Assembly: GCA_031418275.1 (NCBI GenBank)
Contig: JANOXF010000065.1
Location: forward strand, 1 to 54,834
Length of the DNA: 54,834 bases
From: Candidatus Kaiserbacteria bacterium
Lineage (GTDB): Bacteria > Patescibacteriota > Minisyncoccia > Phycocordibacterales > UBA918
Direction of reading: 5' to 3'
Shown: positions 24,992-33,909 of the stretch, piece after piece
Position numbering within the stretch: position 1 is the first letter of the stretch
Layout of the letters: the number at the start of each line of letters is the position of its first letter
The notes under the pieces: model-generated
Databases searched by the model: none
What the model saw: only the letters and a program-made list of their open reading frames with translations
What the model was told of the DNA's origin: nothing
Translations under genes and position numbers: made by a program

Positions 24992-26446
24992 ATGTCTCGT
25001 TCTGAGGGTCTCATTACATTCAGCGACGTATCGCATGAATACACGCACAATAAACCGATTCTCATCGGGGCAAATTTTGTCATTCGAAAAGGTGCGAAGC
25101 TTACGCTCATGGGCCAAAATGGTGCAGGGAAAAGTACCATCTTCGGACTCATTACGGGGGAGCACCAATTAACGGCAGGCGCTATTAACATCGCCGCTCA
25201 CACCACGATTGCGCAGTCACGGCAGGTTATTCCACGCGATGAACTCGACCTGACCATTCGTGCATTTTTTGAAAAGTGTTTTAGCGAAAAAGTATATAAC
25301 ATTGATCCGAAAATTGATGAGGTGATGGAGATAGTTAACTTTCACGCACCGCATGACCGCATTATTCGCTCGTTTTCTGGTGGACAGCAGGCACGACTTC
25401 TCCTCGCCTCAGCACTCATTCAAGATCCTGATCTCCTCCTTCTCGACGAACCAACAAACAATCTCGATACCGAAGGAATTCTCCACCTCACCAATTTTCT
25501 CCGAGCATACAAGAAGACCGTCGTCGTAATTTCTCACGATGCAGATTTTCTCAATGCATTCACTCACGGCGTTCTCTACCTCGATGTCCACACACACGTC
25601 GTCGAACAGTACGATGGAAACTACCACGACGTGGTCAAGGACATTGCCGCTCGTATCGAAAAAGAGAATCGAAAAAATGCTCAGTATGCCAAGGAAATAC
25701 AGGCAAATAAGGATAAGGTGAACTACTTTGCTCACAAGGGTGGCAAAATGCGCGTACTTGCAAAGAAATTGCGCCTACAAGCAGAAGAGGATGAGGAGAA
25801 TATGGTTGATGTACGAAGGGAAGATAAGACCATTCGTCCCTTTACGATTGGCGTTCCAAAAGAACTTCCGCCAAAAATTCTTACCATCACCTCATACTCG
25901 GTTATCAAAAATCATAAACCAACTGAACGTACGTGCAACATTACGCTTAGTAAAAACAAACACCTCCAGCTCGTCGGGCCAAACGGCATCGGTAAGAGCA
26001 CACTCCTCGAATCGCTTGCCTCCGGCCACGCGAAAGGGGAGACCGTTGCACCCCAGGTGAAGATTGGGTACTACCGCCAAGATTTTTCAACACTCAATTT
26101 TAACGACACAGTGTTTGAATCGCTCCTCTCTGTTATGGAGAAAAAAATAGAGGAAGAGATGCGCGCAACTGCGGCAGGGTTCCTCCTCACGCGAGATGTC
26201 ATGCAGACAAAGATTGGTGACCTCTCCGAGGGGCAAAAAGGCCTTGTCGCATTTGCACAGCTCGTTCTCATGAAACCAGGACTCCTCATTCTTGACGAAC
26301 CTACCAACCACATTAATTTCCGCCACCTTCCCATCATTGCTGAGGCACTCAATCAGTACCAAGGAGCAATGATTCTCGTATCACACGTACCTGACTTTGT
26401 AGAAAAAATCCGCATCGATGAAGTGCTCGACTTGGGGAAGAAGTAG
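24992..26446 (+). CDS. ABC-F family ATPase (two ABC domains, no TM domain)
   Basis: GQNGAGKST and GPNGIGKST Walker A motifs. FSGGQQARL and LSEGQKGLV signatures. Confidence 0.9.
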   Translation: MSRSEGLITFSDVSHEYTHNKPILIGANFVIRKGAKLTLMGQNGAGKSTIFGLITGEHQLTAGAINIAAHTTIAQSRQVIPRDELDLTIRAFFEKCFSEKVYNIDPKIDEVMEIVNFHAPHDRIIRSFSGGQQARLLLASALIQDPDLLLLDEPTNNLDTEGILHLTNFLRAYKKTVVVISHDADFLNAFTHGVLYLDVHTHVVEQYDGNYHDVVKDIAARIEKENRKNAQYAKEIQANKDKVNYFAHKGGKMRVLAKKLRLQAEEDEENMVDVRREDKTIRPFTIGVPKELPPKILTITSYSVIKNHKPTERTCNITLSKNKHLQLVGPNGIGKSTLLESLASGHAKGETVAPQVKIGYYRQDFSTLNFNDTVFESLLSVMEKKIEEEMRATAAGFLLTRDVMQTKIGDLSEGQKGLVAFAQLVLMKPGLLILDEPTNHINFRHLPIIAEALNQYQGAMILVSHVPDFVEKIRIDEVLDLGKK

Positions 26447-26507
26447 GGATTTGAAAAACCGCCGCGGTGCTGTGAGGCACACGCGGCAGTCGGTCGATGA
26501 TTGTCTC

Positions 26508-26846
26508 CTACTTCTTGCAGTAGACGACCACCTTCATCTCGTCGGCCTTCTTCTGACCCTCGACGTACGAGTCGCAGCCAGGGCTGAGGGTCTCGACCGC
26601 CTTCTTCAGCTCGGCCTTCTGGGTCGCAACACCCGCGAAGGTGTACTCCTTGATGCCGCTGCCGTAGTCTGCCACTGTGCCGGCAAAGGCGGTCTTGCCC
26701 GCGTAGACCATCACCGAGCGAGCCGGCGGCGCATCGACCACCTTCACCGGCGGCTCGATGGCAAAGGCAGCTGGCGAGACGATGACGAAGATTGCCAAAA
26801 TCAGAAACGCAATTTTCGTTTGAACGGACAGTTGAACAGTCAGCAT
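26508..26846 (-). CDS. small secreted protein, GC-rich compositional outlier
   Basis: AAGGAG RBS. Signal peptide KIAFLILAIFVIVSPAAFA. Codons are strongly GC3-biased compared with the flanking genes. Confidence 0.7.
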   Translation of the reverse strand: MLTVQLSVQTKIAFLILAIFVIVSPAAFAIEPPVKVVDAPPARSVMVYAGKTAFAGTVADYGSGIKEYTFAGVATQKAELKKAVETLSPGCDSYVEGQKKADEMKVVVYCKK

Positions 26847-26956
26847 TGGGGTCTCCTTGGAATGCTGGGTTTGGGAACAAAATACTATTCATTATACTAC
26901 TTCGTACGTATTTGTCAAGTATCTTGATTAAAAGGCACGCTCAGGTATTTGGTGGC

Positions 26957-26989
26957 AAAAAAGACCATCGGCCTGCCCGTGGTCTTTTT
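26957..26989. terminator. bidirectional terminator hairpin
   Basis: aaaaaagacca.cgg-cctgc-ccg.tggtcttttt. Confidence 0.65.
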
Positions 26990-27006
26990 GTGACTCACAC
27001 GAATCA

Positions 27007-28557
27007 CTATTTATACTGTGCAAGCATGAGATACTCGATTGGTGCCCGGTCATCAGTAAATACAAGCTCGTCTCCATTCAAATATTTGGCTATATCGACT
27101 TCCATATTTGATACCCTGAGTGTATCCCCGGTAACACTCAATAATGAATTGGGTTCAAAATTTATGGGGGAGTTTCCTTTTCGGGCAACAAATAAAATAT
27201 TTTGTCTTCGATCAGTGTTTCGATATATTCCATACATTTTTATATTCGGGAAAACGGAATAAAGAGTTTTCACTAATGAGCCCGTAAGTGACGGTGCCTC
27301 TGCATTAAGGTTTCCAACATAGTTCACCATAAACACCCCCTCATCATTTAGTTTTCTACGAACGAGTTGAAAAAATTCACGTGTTGCGAGGTGTGCAGGG
27401 AGTGTAAGATCAGTACCAAACGCATCCATAAGAATGAGGTCGTACGGGCGCGCATCTTGATTCAAAAATACCCGCCCGTCAATGACATGATTTACCAATT
27501 GTGCTGAATCTGGTACATCAAAGTACGTTTGTGCAATTTCAAACAGAGTCGGCTCGACTTCTGCAACATCAATCGTTACCAGTTCATCGCGCGCAAGCAT
27601 TGAGCGCGGTACGGTATATGCACCCCCACCAATCATGAGTGCTCGTTCCACATTTTTTACAACCGTTGGATAGAGCATGAAAAATTGAGTGTACTCAAAG
27701 GGGAGATCATACGAATCAAGGTACACTGCAGATTCATTGTTGGTATCTCGTTTCAGTGCACGAAGTGGATGCCCAAGGAGTTCAGTTTCATATACGAGGA
27801 TGTGCCCGTACGTTCCATCAGCACGGTAGAGCACCTTGTGGGGGAAAGGAAATTTCGAGTTAAATATGAGTACGAGGAGAAGTGTCGTCATTATGACAAC
27901 CGAAAGAACAAATGAACTGTAGCGAGCAATGTACACATACGGTGACGTGCGCGTTATGAGCGTATGGAAAACGAGCGCCCCAATGATTCCGAGAAGGACG
28001 AGCGCAATCCCGGTGCTGACCATACTCATTCGTACACCAAAAACTGGGATGAGCACAAACCCCGAAAGCAAACTCCCCACAATACTCCCCATTGTTCCGT
28101 AGAAAAAGACCGTCCCCGAAAGGGTGCCAATTGCGTCTACTCCCCCGGTCCGCGAGATGAGCTTAATGATGTAAGGAGAAACAATACCGAGGAGAAACCC
28201 GGGTGCAAAGAAAAGAATTGACCCAAAGATGAGCGGCCCCGTAAGTATCGAAAAAATTCCTTCAACGCCGGGAAGTATGGTGAGGGCAAGAAATTCAGCA
28301 AGAAGCGTGGTGATGCCACTCACCGCAATGAGCGCGTAGAGGCGTTCAAACGTGGGGAAGCGATCAGCAATCCTTCCTCCGACATAGTACCCGAGCGAAA
28401 GTGCAGCGAGGATAATGGTAAGGACACTCGAGAATACGTAGAGTGAAGCGCCAAAGTACGGAGAGAGAATGCGTACCGCCGCGACCTCAATGACGAGCAC
28501 TGCAGCGCCAGTAATGGCGACAGTTACGTAAAGGAGTACACGAAGCGGGCGTTCCAT
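27007..28557 (-). CDS. fused membrane domain plus spermidine-synthase-like methyltransferase-fold protein
   Basis: The N-terminal ~200 aa are polytopic. The C-terminal part carries MIGGGAYTVPR and DLILMDAFG. Start taken at ATG 28557; the track start is GTG. Confidence 0.8.
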   Translation of the reverse strand: MERPLRVLLYVTVAITGAAVLVIEVAAVRILSPYFGASLYVFSSVLTIILAALSLGYYVGGRIADRFPTFERLYALIAVSGITTLLAEFLALTILPGVEGIFSILTGPLIFGSILFFAPGFLLGIVSPYIIKLISRTGGVDAIGTLSGTVFFYGTMGSIVGSLLSGFVLIPVFGVRMSMVSTGIALVLLGIIGALVFHTLITRTSPYVYIARYSSFVLSVVIMTTLLLVLIFNSKFPFPHKVLYRADGTYGHILVYETELLGHPLRALKRDTNNESAVYLDSYDLPFEYTQFFMLYPTVVKNVERALMIGGGAYTVPRSMLARDELVTIDVAEVEPTLFEIAQTYFDVPDSAQLVNHVIDGRVFLNQDARPYDLILMDAFGTDLTLPAHLATREFFQLVRRKLNDEGVFMVNYVGNLNAEAPSLTGSLVKTLYSVFPNIKMYGIYRNTDRRQNILFVARKGNSPINFEPNSLLSVTGDTLRVSNMEVDIAKYLNGDELVFTDDRAPIEYLMLAQYK

Positions 28558-28807
28558 AAATGTGTTTCTATAGTACGCAAATTGTGTAGGGCTGTACACT
28601 TCTGATTCAGTGGGGCTATGGTCTATTGTGCGAAATATCGACAGTGCCTGAAATATACATAATAGTTCTCATTGGCTTGTTCTCGATGTTCAACAATCTA
28701 CCTGAAGAGGACTGATCGGGAACTGTGTGTGTAACTTACCCAACCCGCGAGACCTGCTTGCGGGTTTTGCTATTTTTATTTGCGATAAAAAACCGTATAC
28801 TGGATAT

Positions 28808-29191
28808 ATGGATGACGAAATGCTGAAAGAACAGAACCCCGAGCTCTATCGTGTCGCACGAGAAGGCGGAACAGAACCCGCATTTACCGGCGAGTATGTT
28901 CACACTGAGGAGGACGGTACGTACCACTGTGCAGTGTGTGACGCACCGCTTTTTTCCTCCGACACGAAGTTCGACAGCGGTTCTGGCTGGCCTTCGTTTA
29001 CTGACCCCGCTGTTTCGAGTGCGGTGAAATTAATCGACGACGACAGTCACGGAATGCATCGTACTGAAGTGCAGTGTGCAAAATGCAATGCACACCTCGG
29101 GCATGTGTTTCCTGACGGACCAGTAAAAAACGGAAACGTGTGTAATCGATTCTGTATTAATAGCGTGTCACTCGAACTTAAGAATGACTAA
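28808..29191 (+). CDS. msrB: peptide-methionine (R)-S-oxide reductase
   Basis: [25 protein letters not shown] and RFCINS motifs. TATACT (28796-28801) lies 6 nt before the ATG. Confidence 0.9.
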   Translation: MDDEMLKEQNPELYRVAREGGTEPAFTGEYVHTEEDGTYHCAVCDAPLFSSDTKFDSGSGWPSFTDPAVSSAVKLIDDDSHGMHRTEVQCAKCNAHLGHVFPDGPVKNGNVCNRFCINSVSLELKND

Positions 29192-29333
29192 GCAATCACT
29201 ATTCGCTGGCGGATGCTTCTGGGTGAGCCAGTCTGGGGGACTGGCGCAAAAGGTTGTCGACAGTTTGAGGAAACGAGAACTGTCATACAACCTGAACAGC
29301 GTCTGTAAGACGAAGAGACTTAGTTATGACTAA
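29184..29333 (+). CDS. 49-codon ORF whose first 13 codons duplicate the MsrA N-terminus (status uncertain)
   Basis: [13 protein letters not shown] then [36 protein letters not shown]. Its ATG overlaps the msrB stop and its stop overlaps the msrA ATG; both junctions read ATGACTAA. Confidence 0.3.
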   Translation: MTKQSLFAGGCFWVSQSGGLAQKVVDSLRKRELSYNLNSVCKTKRLSYD

Positions 29334-29811
29334 ACAAGCACTATTCGCAGGCGGGTGTTTCTGGGGACTCGAAGACCTCATCCGTACCCAACCCGGTGTC
29401 ACCGAAACCGAAGTCGGCTACACCGGTGGAACGAATGATAATCCGACATATGAAAATCACCCCGGACATGCAGAAGCAGTCCTCATTACCTACGATGACG
29501 AAATAACGTCGTACAAAAATCTCCTCGATTTCTTTTTTCAGATCCATAATCCGACAACCTTGAATCAGCAGGGGAATGACCGCGGCACTTCCTACCGTTC
29601 CGCAATTTTCTACAAAACGGAGGATGAACGAAAAGAGGCTGCAGATTTCATCGATATTGTAAACGAATCAGAACGGTGGTCTGACCCTGTCGTCACAACC
29701 CTTGAGCCATTCACCCGCTTTTGGCCGGCTGAAGCTTACCATCAGGATTATCTCGTGAAGAATCCGGGTGGATATACATGCCATGCAATTTATTTCGATA
29801 GCTACATATAA
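29326..29811 (+). CDS. msrA: peptide-methionine (S)-S-oxide reductase
   Basis: [17 protein letters not shown]...GHAEAV...YHQDYL. Confidence 0.9.
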   Translation: MTKQALFAGGCFWGLEDLIRTQPGVTETEVGYTGGTNDNPTYENHPGHAEAVLITYDDEITSYKNLLDFFFQIHNPTTLNQQGNDRGTSYRSAIFYKTEDERKEAADFIDIVNESERWSDPVVTTLEPFTRFWPAEAYHQDYLVKNPGGYTCHAIYFDSYI

Positions 29812-29855
29812 AAACGACGCCACGACAGTGAAACGTCGTGGCGGTGCTCTCTGCC

Positions 29856-30173
29856 CTAAGTAGAGAGCACGATGCGGACAGGACATCGATCCTGTGAACA
29901 ACGAGGGATACCGCTCCCGAGCGTCTTCACAAGCGTGTGCGATGCTGGACACTCGCAGGTGGGCGCAAGAGAATTTTCTGCCCATCCGCTCCCTATACGA
30001 AACGGACACTGGTCTGTTGACCGTGTCCGAGGATCACTCGTCTCCTTTCGAAAAAGCGCTTCTACCGCCGGTAGAAAATCTATATCGAAGTAGGGTTCTC
30101 TCGGTGAGTCAAGGTGACGATTGTCACCAAGATACTCGTCAGTCCGAAAGAGGTCTCCTTGTCGATTGTACAT
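29856..30173 (-). CDS. hypothetical protein (shortened from the track ORF)
   Basis: AGGAGA lies 4 nt before ATG 30173. The longer 30356 start would read through the minus-strand terminator at 30197-30222. Confidence 0.35.
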   Translation of the reverse strand: MYNRQGDLFRTDEYLGDNRHLDSPREPYFDIDFLPAVEALFRKETSDPRTRSTDQCPFRIGSGWAENSLAPTCECPASHTLVKTLGSGIPRCSQDRCPVRIVLST

Positions 30174-30401
30174 TTCTTCTCCTGTGTAAAAAGTGGACAA
30201 AAAAAGACCGCCGGGAGGCGGGAATTGAATCACTGAGACATGCGGTATTCTTTTGAATACTTTTTTCAATCTCAGCATATCTCTAGTATAGCCTACCAAA
30301 TGGAGAACCGGGCATCGTGTGTGCATAGGATGCTCAGCTCTAAATAAGGTGTACACTATTTACAGAGAGTATATTTATAGGCTAGAAGACTACACATATA
30401 T

Positions 30402-30815
30402 ATGGATGTTAACTATGTAACGATTCTTGGTGCAGCGGTGACCTCAATGATTGTGGGGGGTATATGGTACGGACCCCTGTTTGGGAAGAAGTGGATGGAA
30501 ATCTGTGGAGTGAGTGCGTTCGATGAAGCACAACGAAAGCAAATGCAAAAAGAGGCACTTCCACTTTATGGAATTCAATTTGTTCTCGCCCTCCTCCAAC
30601 TCTACGTACTCGCCGGTTTAGTAAATTGGGAAAATGGAAGTGCCGTCGGAATTGCATTTTGGATGTGGCTCGGATTTGTGATGCCTACGATTGCGGGAAG
30701 TGCCATGTGGAATAATGATTCTACAAAAATTAAATGGGCACGATTCCTCATTCAAACAGGGTATCAACTCGTCATGTTTCTTATCTATGGCTATATGCTC
30801 GGCCTCTGGGGCTAA
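30402..30815 (+). CDS. DUF1761-like membrane protein
   Basis: MDVNYVTILGAAVTSMIVGGIWYGPLFGKKW and four hydrophobic segments. Confidence 0.6.
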   Translation: MDVNYVTILGAAVTSMIVGGIWYGPLFGKKWMEICGVSAFDEAQRKQMQKEALPLYGIQFVLALLQLYVLAGLVNWENGSAVGIAFWMWLGFVMPTIAGSAMWNNDSTKIKWARFLIQTGYQLVMFLIYGYMLGLWG

Positions 30816-30948
30816 CATGTACTCTAAGACCTCGTCTACTTCGTTACTTTCGTCCTTCAAACAGTCGTCGTACGAAAGGTACGACTTCTGTCTTCATTCC
30901 TCAGTGCCTCGTATCCAAAGTCTTATATCACATGATAGTAACTAAAAT

Positions 30949-31275
30949 ATGAAAAACTATATTCAGGAACACATTGAATACCTACATGACAATCCCGAAG
31001 GGTATTGGTTTAAACGAAAATTGTATGGTTGGGGCTGGACTCCTGCTACCCGAGAAGGGTGGGGAATCCTTGTGCTCTTTGCCGGTCTCATTGTATTTAA
31101 TTTCATTCGTATTGATCGTGCGTCGCACTCAGCAAGTGATACGCTCATAAATTTTGTTCCACAGACCATCATAGTAGTGTCCATACTCATAGTGATTTGT
31201 TACAAAACGGGAGAAAAGCCGAAGTGGCAGTGGGGACTACCGAAAGAACCTCGAGGGGAGAAAGGGGTGAAGTGA
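30949..31275 (+). CDS. hypothetical membrane protein
   Basis: Two TM helices. A terminator follows at 31281-31314. Confidence 0.6.
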   Translation: MKNYIQEHIEYLHDNPEGYWFKRKLYGWGWTPATREGWGILVLFAGLIVFNFIRIDRASHSASDTLINFVPQTIIVVSILIVICYKTGEKPKWQWGLPKEPRGEKGVK

Positions 31276-31280
31276 AGGGA

Positions 31281-31314
31281 AAAAGCCCCGCGGCCTAAGG
31301 CCGCGGGGCTTTTT
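31281..31314 (+). terminator. rho-independent terminator
   Basis: gccccgcggcc-taa-ggccgcggggc followed by TTTTT. Confidence 0.85.
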
Positions 31315-31369
31315 GAGAGGAAACGCGCAATATGGTACGCTGTGTAGGTTATTTTAAGCACGATATTTC

Positions 31370-32149
31370 ATGAATCAACTTCAGACTGAGAAAGAGACGC
31401 TGGTCTCACCAACAACAGAGAGTACACTCATCACCGATGCAACTATTATTACTGAGGCTCCGAGCGCGAGTGAAACGGCTCCGGTGAAAAAATCATACCT
31501 CAAGTATGTACTTCTCGGGATTGTCGTAGCGGTGGCTTCCGGAGCACTCTACAACACATACGTTAAAAACCATGCTGATGCGGTTGCTATCGTAAACGGG
31601 ACACGCATCACTCAGACTGAACTTGACGAGAATATTGCAATGATGACAAAGGGTGCTGCAGCACAAGGTATCGACACAACCAGCACTACTACCCTTGAAG
31701 AAATTCGTACACAAGCAATTGAGAACCTTGTAAATAACGCGCTCCTCATGGGTGCAGCAAAAAATGCAGGGAAGGAGGCGGACGAGGCGGCAATACAAAC
31801 TGCCTACGACAAGCTCGTGGGGGAAGTTGGCGGAGAGGAAGAACTCAAGACTCGTATGGCAGCTGTCGGACTCACTCGAGAAACTCTTTTTAAGAACATT
31901 GCTGAAAGACTCATGGTTGACGCGTATATTGAATCAGAGACTGACATAAAATCACTCACCGTCACTGATGCCGAAGTTACGGCATACCTTGATTCTATTA
32001 AAACTGAGGGTGTGACGCTTCCACCCCTTGAAGAAATTCGCCCGCAGATAGAGAGTACTCTTCTTGCACAAAAACAGCAGAAAGTGGTTGCGGATCTTAT
32101 AGAAAAACTACGTACTGAAGGAAAGGTTGAAATTATTGAAAAGAAGTAA
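31370..32149 (+). CDS. SurA N-terminal-domain-like chaperone (no obvious PPIase domain), membrane anchored
   Basis: One TM helix, then a helical region (VNGTRITQTELDENI...LVNNALL...) typical of SurA_N/PrsA-like proteins. Confidence 0.55.
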   Translation: MNQLQTEKETLVSPTTESTLITDATIITEAPSASETAPVKKSYLKYVLLGIVVAVASGALYNTYVKNHADAVAIVNGTRITQTELDENIAMMTKGAAAQGIDTTSTTTLEEIRTQAIENLVNNALLMGAAKNAGKEADEAAIQTAYDKLVGEVGGEEELKTRMAAVGLTRETLFKNIAERLMVDAYIESETDIKSLTVTDAEVTAYLDSIKTEGVTLPPLEEIRPQIESTLLAQKQQKVVADLIEKLRTEGKVEIIEKK

Positions 32150-32156
32150 CACTTGC

Positions 32157-32184
32157 AAACGCGCGCCCTCAGGCGCGCGTTTCT
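32157..32184 (+). terminator. rho-independent terminator
   Basis: acgcgcgcc-ctca-ggcgcgcgt followed by TT. Confidence 0.7.
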
Positions 32185-32190
32185 ATTACT

Positions 32191-32658
32191 ATGCTTACCC
32201 CACACACACCCGCACCCGACTTCTCACTCACTGACCAAAACGGTGTTATTCACTCGCTTCGAGACTACCGGGGAAAATGGGTACTTATGTATTTCTACCC
32301 AAAGGACGACACCCCCGGATGTACAAAACAGGCATGTGCCATTCGAGACTCGTGGGCGGAGTTTGAGAAAATAAACTGCGTTGTCCTTGGCATCTCAACT
32401 GATGGTGAGAAAAGTCATAAGAAATTTGAAGAGAAGTACGCGCTCCCATTCTCATTACTCGCCGACATAGAAAAGAAAGTGGTGCAGGCGTATGGGGTAT
32501 GGTCTCCAAAGAAGTTCATGGGGCGAGAGTTTCTGGGGACACAGCGTTCATCGTTCCTCATTAACCCTGATGGGGTTATCGTGAAAGTGTATGAAAAAGT
32601 GAAGCCTGAACTTCATGCGGAAAACGTGCTCTCAGATTTAGTTGCTTTACAAGCATAG
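32191..32658 (+). CDS. bcp: thiol peroxidase Bcp (peroxiredoxin)
   Basis: VLMYFYPKDDTPGCTKQAC. Confidence 0.9.
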   Translation: MLTPHTPAPDFSLTDQNGVIHSLRDYRGKWVLMYFYPKDDTPGCTKQACAIRDSWAEFEKINCVVLGISTDGEKSHKKFEEKYALPFSLLADIEKKVVQAYGVWSPKKFMGREFLGTQRSSFLINPDGVIVKVYEKVKPELHAENVLSDLVALQA

Positions 32659-32675
32659 GGTGCTCAAATAATTAG

Positions 32676-32706
32676 AAAGGGCCCGCGGAACTTGGCGGGC
32701 CCTTTT
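32676..32706. terminator. bidirectional terminator
   Basis: aaagggcccgc-ggaacttg-gcgggccctttt. Confidence 0.8.
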
Positions 32707-32722
32707 CGATTTGCTTTTGCAA

Positions 32723-33025
32723 TCAGTGGATGCAGATGACCTCGAGGTTATGTGCACGTCCGTACTCGCGCGCTGCGTGCTCAAGGCTCATTGCTGCCAT
32801 GTGCGTAGGACACACCTCAACCGAGCAGCCCACACCGAGGGACGCGACCACTTCCTCTGCGACTCTGACCAAGTCATGGTCGCAGACAAAGACCACCACG
32901 CGGGTGATCACCACTTCGCACTCATCAATGAACGACTTGAGGGCCTCGATGCATGCCTCGCACAGAGGCTCCTCCTCACCCTTGGGGAGATACCCCAGAA
33001 TTGTTGCAGCAGCAATTCCTCTCAT
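32723..33025 (-). CDS. hypothetical Cys-rich protein, GC-rich outlier
   Basis: GAGGAG lies 7 nt before ATG 33025. 100 aa with 7 Cys. Overlapping plus-strand ORFs were judged to be shadows. Confidence 0.45.
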   Translation of the reverse strand: MRGIAAATILGYLPKGEEEPLCEACIEALKSFIDECEVVITRVVVFVCDHDLVRVAEEVVASLGVGCSVEVCPTHMAAMSLEHAAREYGRAHNLEVICIH

Positions 33026-33153
33026 ATCAACTCTCCTCGAGTGGTTGGTGGGGAACAGGGGAACTAGAAGCGCAAAAAGAATACATCTTACTTGACATAC
33101 TGTCAAGTTGCTCCCCATTTGTATCAAAATAAGAGAAAGCTCATTTTGAATTG

Positions 33154-33909
33154 TTACTTGGTACTCATGAGGATACTTAAATCAGTTGCATTGACCATTC
33201 CATCCCGATTGAAATCAAAACGTGTCTCTGTACCGAGCATATTGAGCATAAATATACTTACATCTGCAATCGACTGTTTTCCATCTCCATTCAGATCAGT
33301 ACTCGGGAGTTCAGATACGACCGTGAGCGAAGTGGTTGTCGTTCGTGGTGACGCTACCGTCTGCGCTTCAATAACTGATTCAGCGACCGTGAAGAGTCCG
33401 TCAATCGATTCTTTGAGTGGTGCGTCAGTACCAAGTCCATTATGTTCAAGAATACGGGCACCCTCGAGGTGGAGGAGCGCATCTCCCTCCGCGAGCGTCA
33501 CAAAAGTGATGGTCATGAGTGTCCCCGTACCAAGAAATCCACTTTTCTCGGTAGTTCCTCCAATGAAGTTAATGGTTCCTTCACCATTCTCATACCACGG
33601 CTTCTCGGCCCACAAATTAGCAATGGACGTATTGTATTCAATTGCCGTAACCGCGAGGAGTGTGTGGTCGAAACGAATCTCTCCTTTGAACACATTTGTG
33701 GGAGTATCAGCAGTGACGACAACCCGTAAGGTAAAAGAATCTCCTTTGGCTACCACACCGGTATGCGGTTCAATACGCATGTCAGCCTTCGGTTCAACGG
33801 CTCCCGGTATCATGAGGAGCGTGAGTACCGAGAGAAATGCAACAATAGCACTCGCCACGAGTGCACCTTGCAACACCACCCCACGCCTGATTTTTGATAC
33901 AGTGTTCAT
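33154..33909 (-). CDS. membrane-anchored protein with a cohesin-like domain and a C-terminal type-I dockerin
   Basis: Dockerin duplicate DLNGDGKQSIADVSIFM...DFNRDGMVNATDLSILM. The preceding ~150-aa beta-rich domain (FTLRVVVTADTP...GEIRFDHTLL) is cohesin-like. Confidence 0.65.
   Translation of the reverse strand: MNTVSKIRRGVVLQGALVASAIVAFLSVLTLLMIPGAVEPKADMRIEPHTGVVAKGDSFTLRVVVTADTPTNVFKGEIRFDHTLLAVTAIEYNTSIANLWAEKPWYENGEGTINFIGGTTEKSGFLGTGTLMTITFVTLAEGDALLHLEGARILEHNGLGTDAPLKESIDGLFTVAESVIEAQTVASPRTTTTSLTVVSELPSTDLNGDGKQSIADVSIFMLNMLGTETRFDFNRDGMVNATDLSILMSTK

Noticed and set aside
26353-26927. 179-aa minus-strand and 169-aa plus-strand ORFs overlapping the GC-rich gene
   Set aside because: Such open frames are typical in GC-rich DNA. 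Only the 112-aa frame has an RBS, a signal peptide and sensible composition.
30174-30356. Upstream part of the 166-aa minus-strand ORF 29856-30356
   Set aside because: It would read through a minus-strand terminator at 30197-30222. The internal ATG at 30173 has a good AGGAGA RBS.
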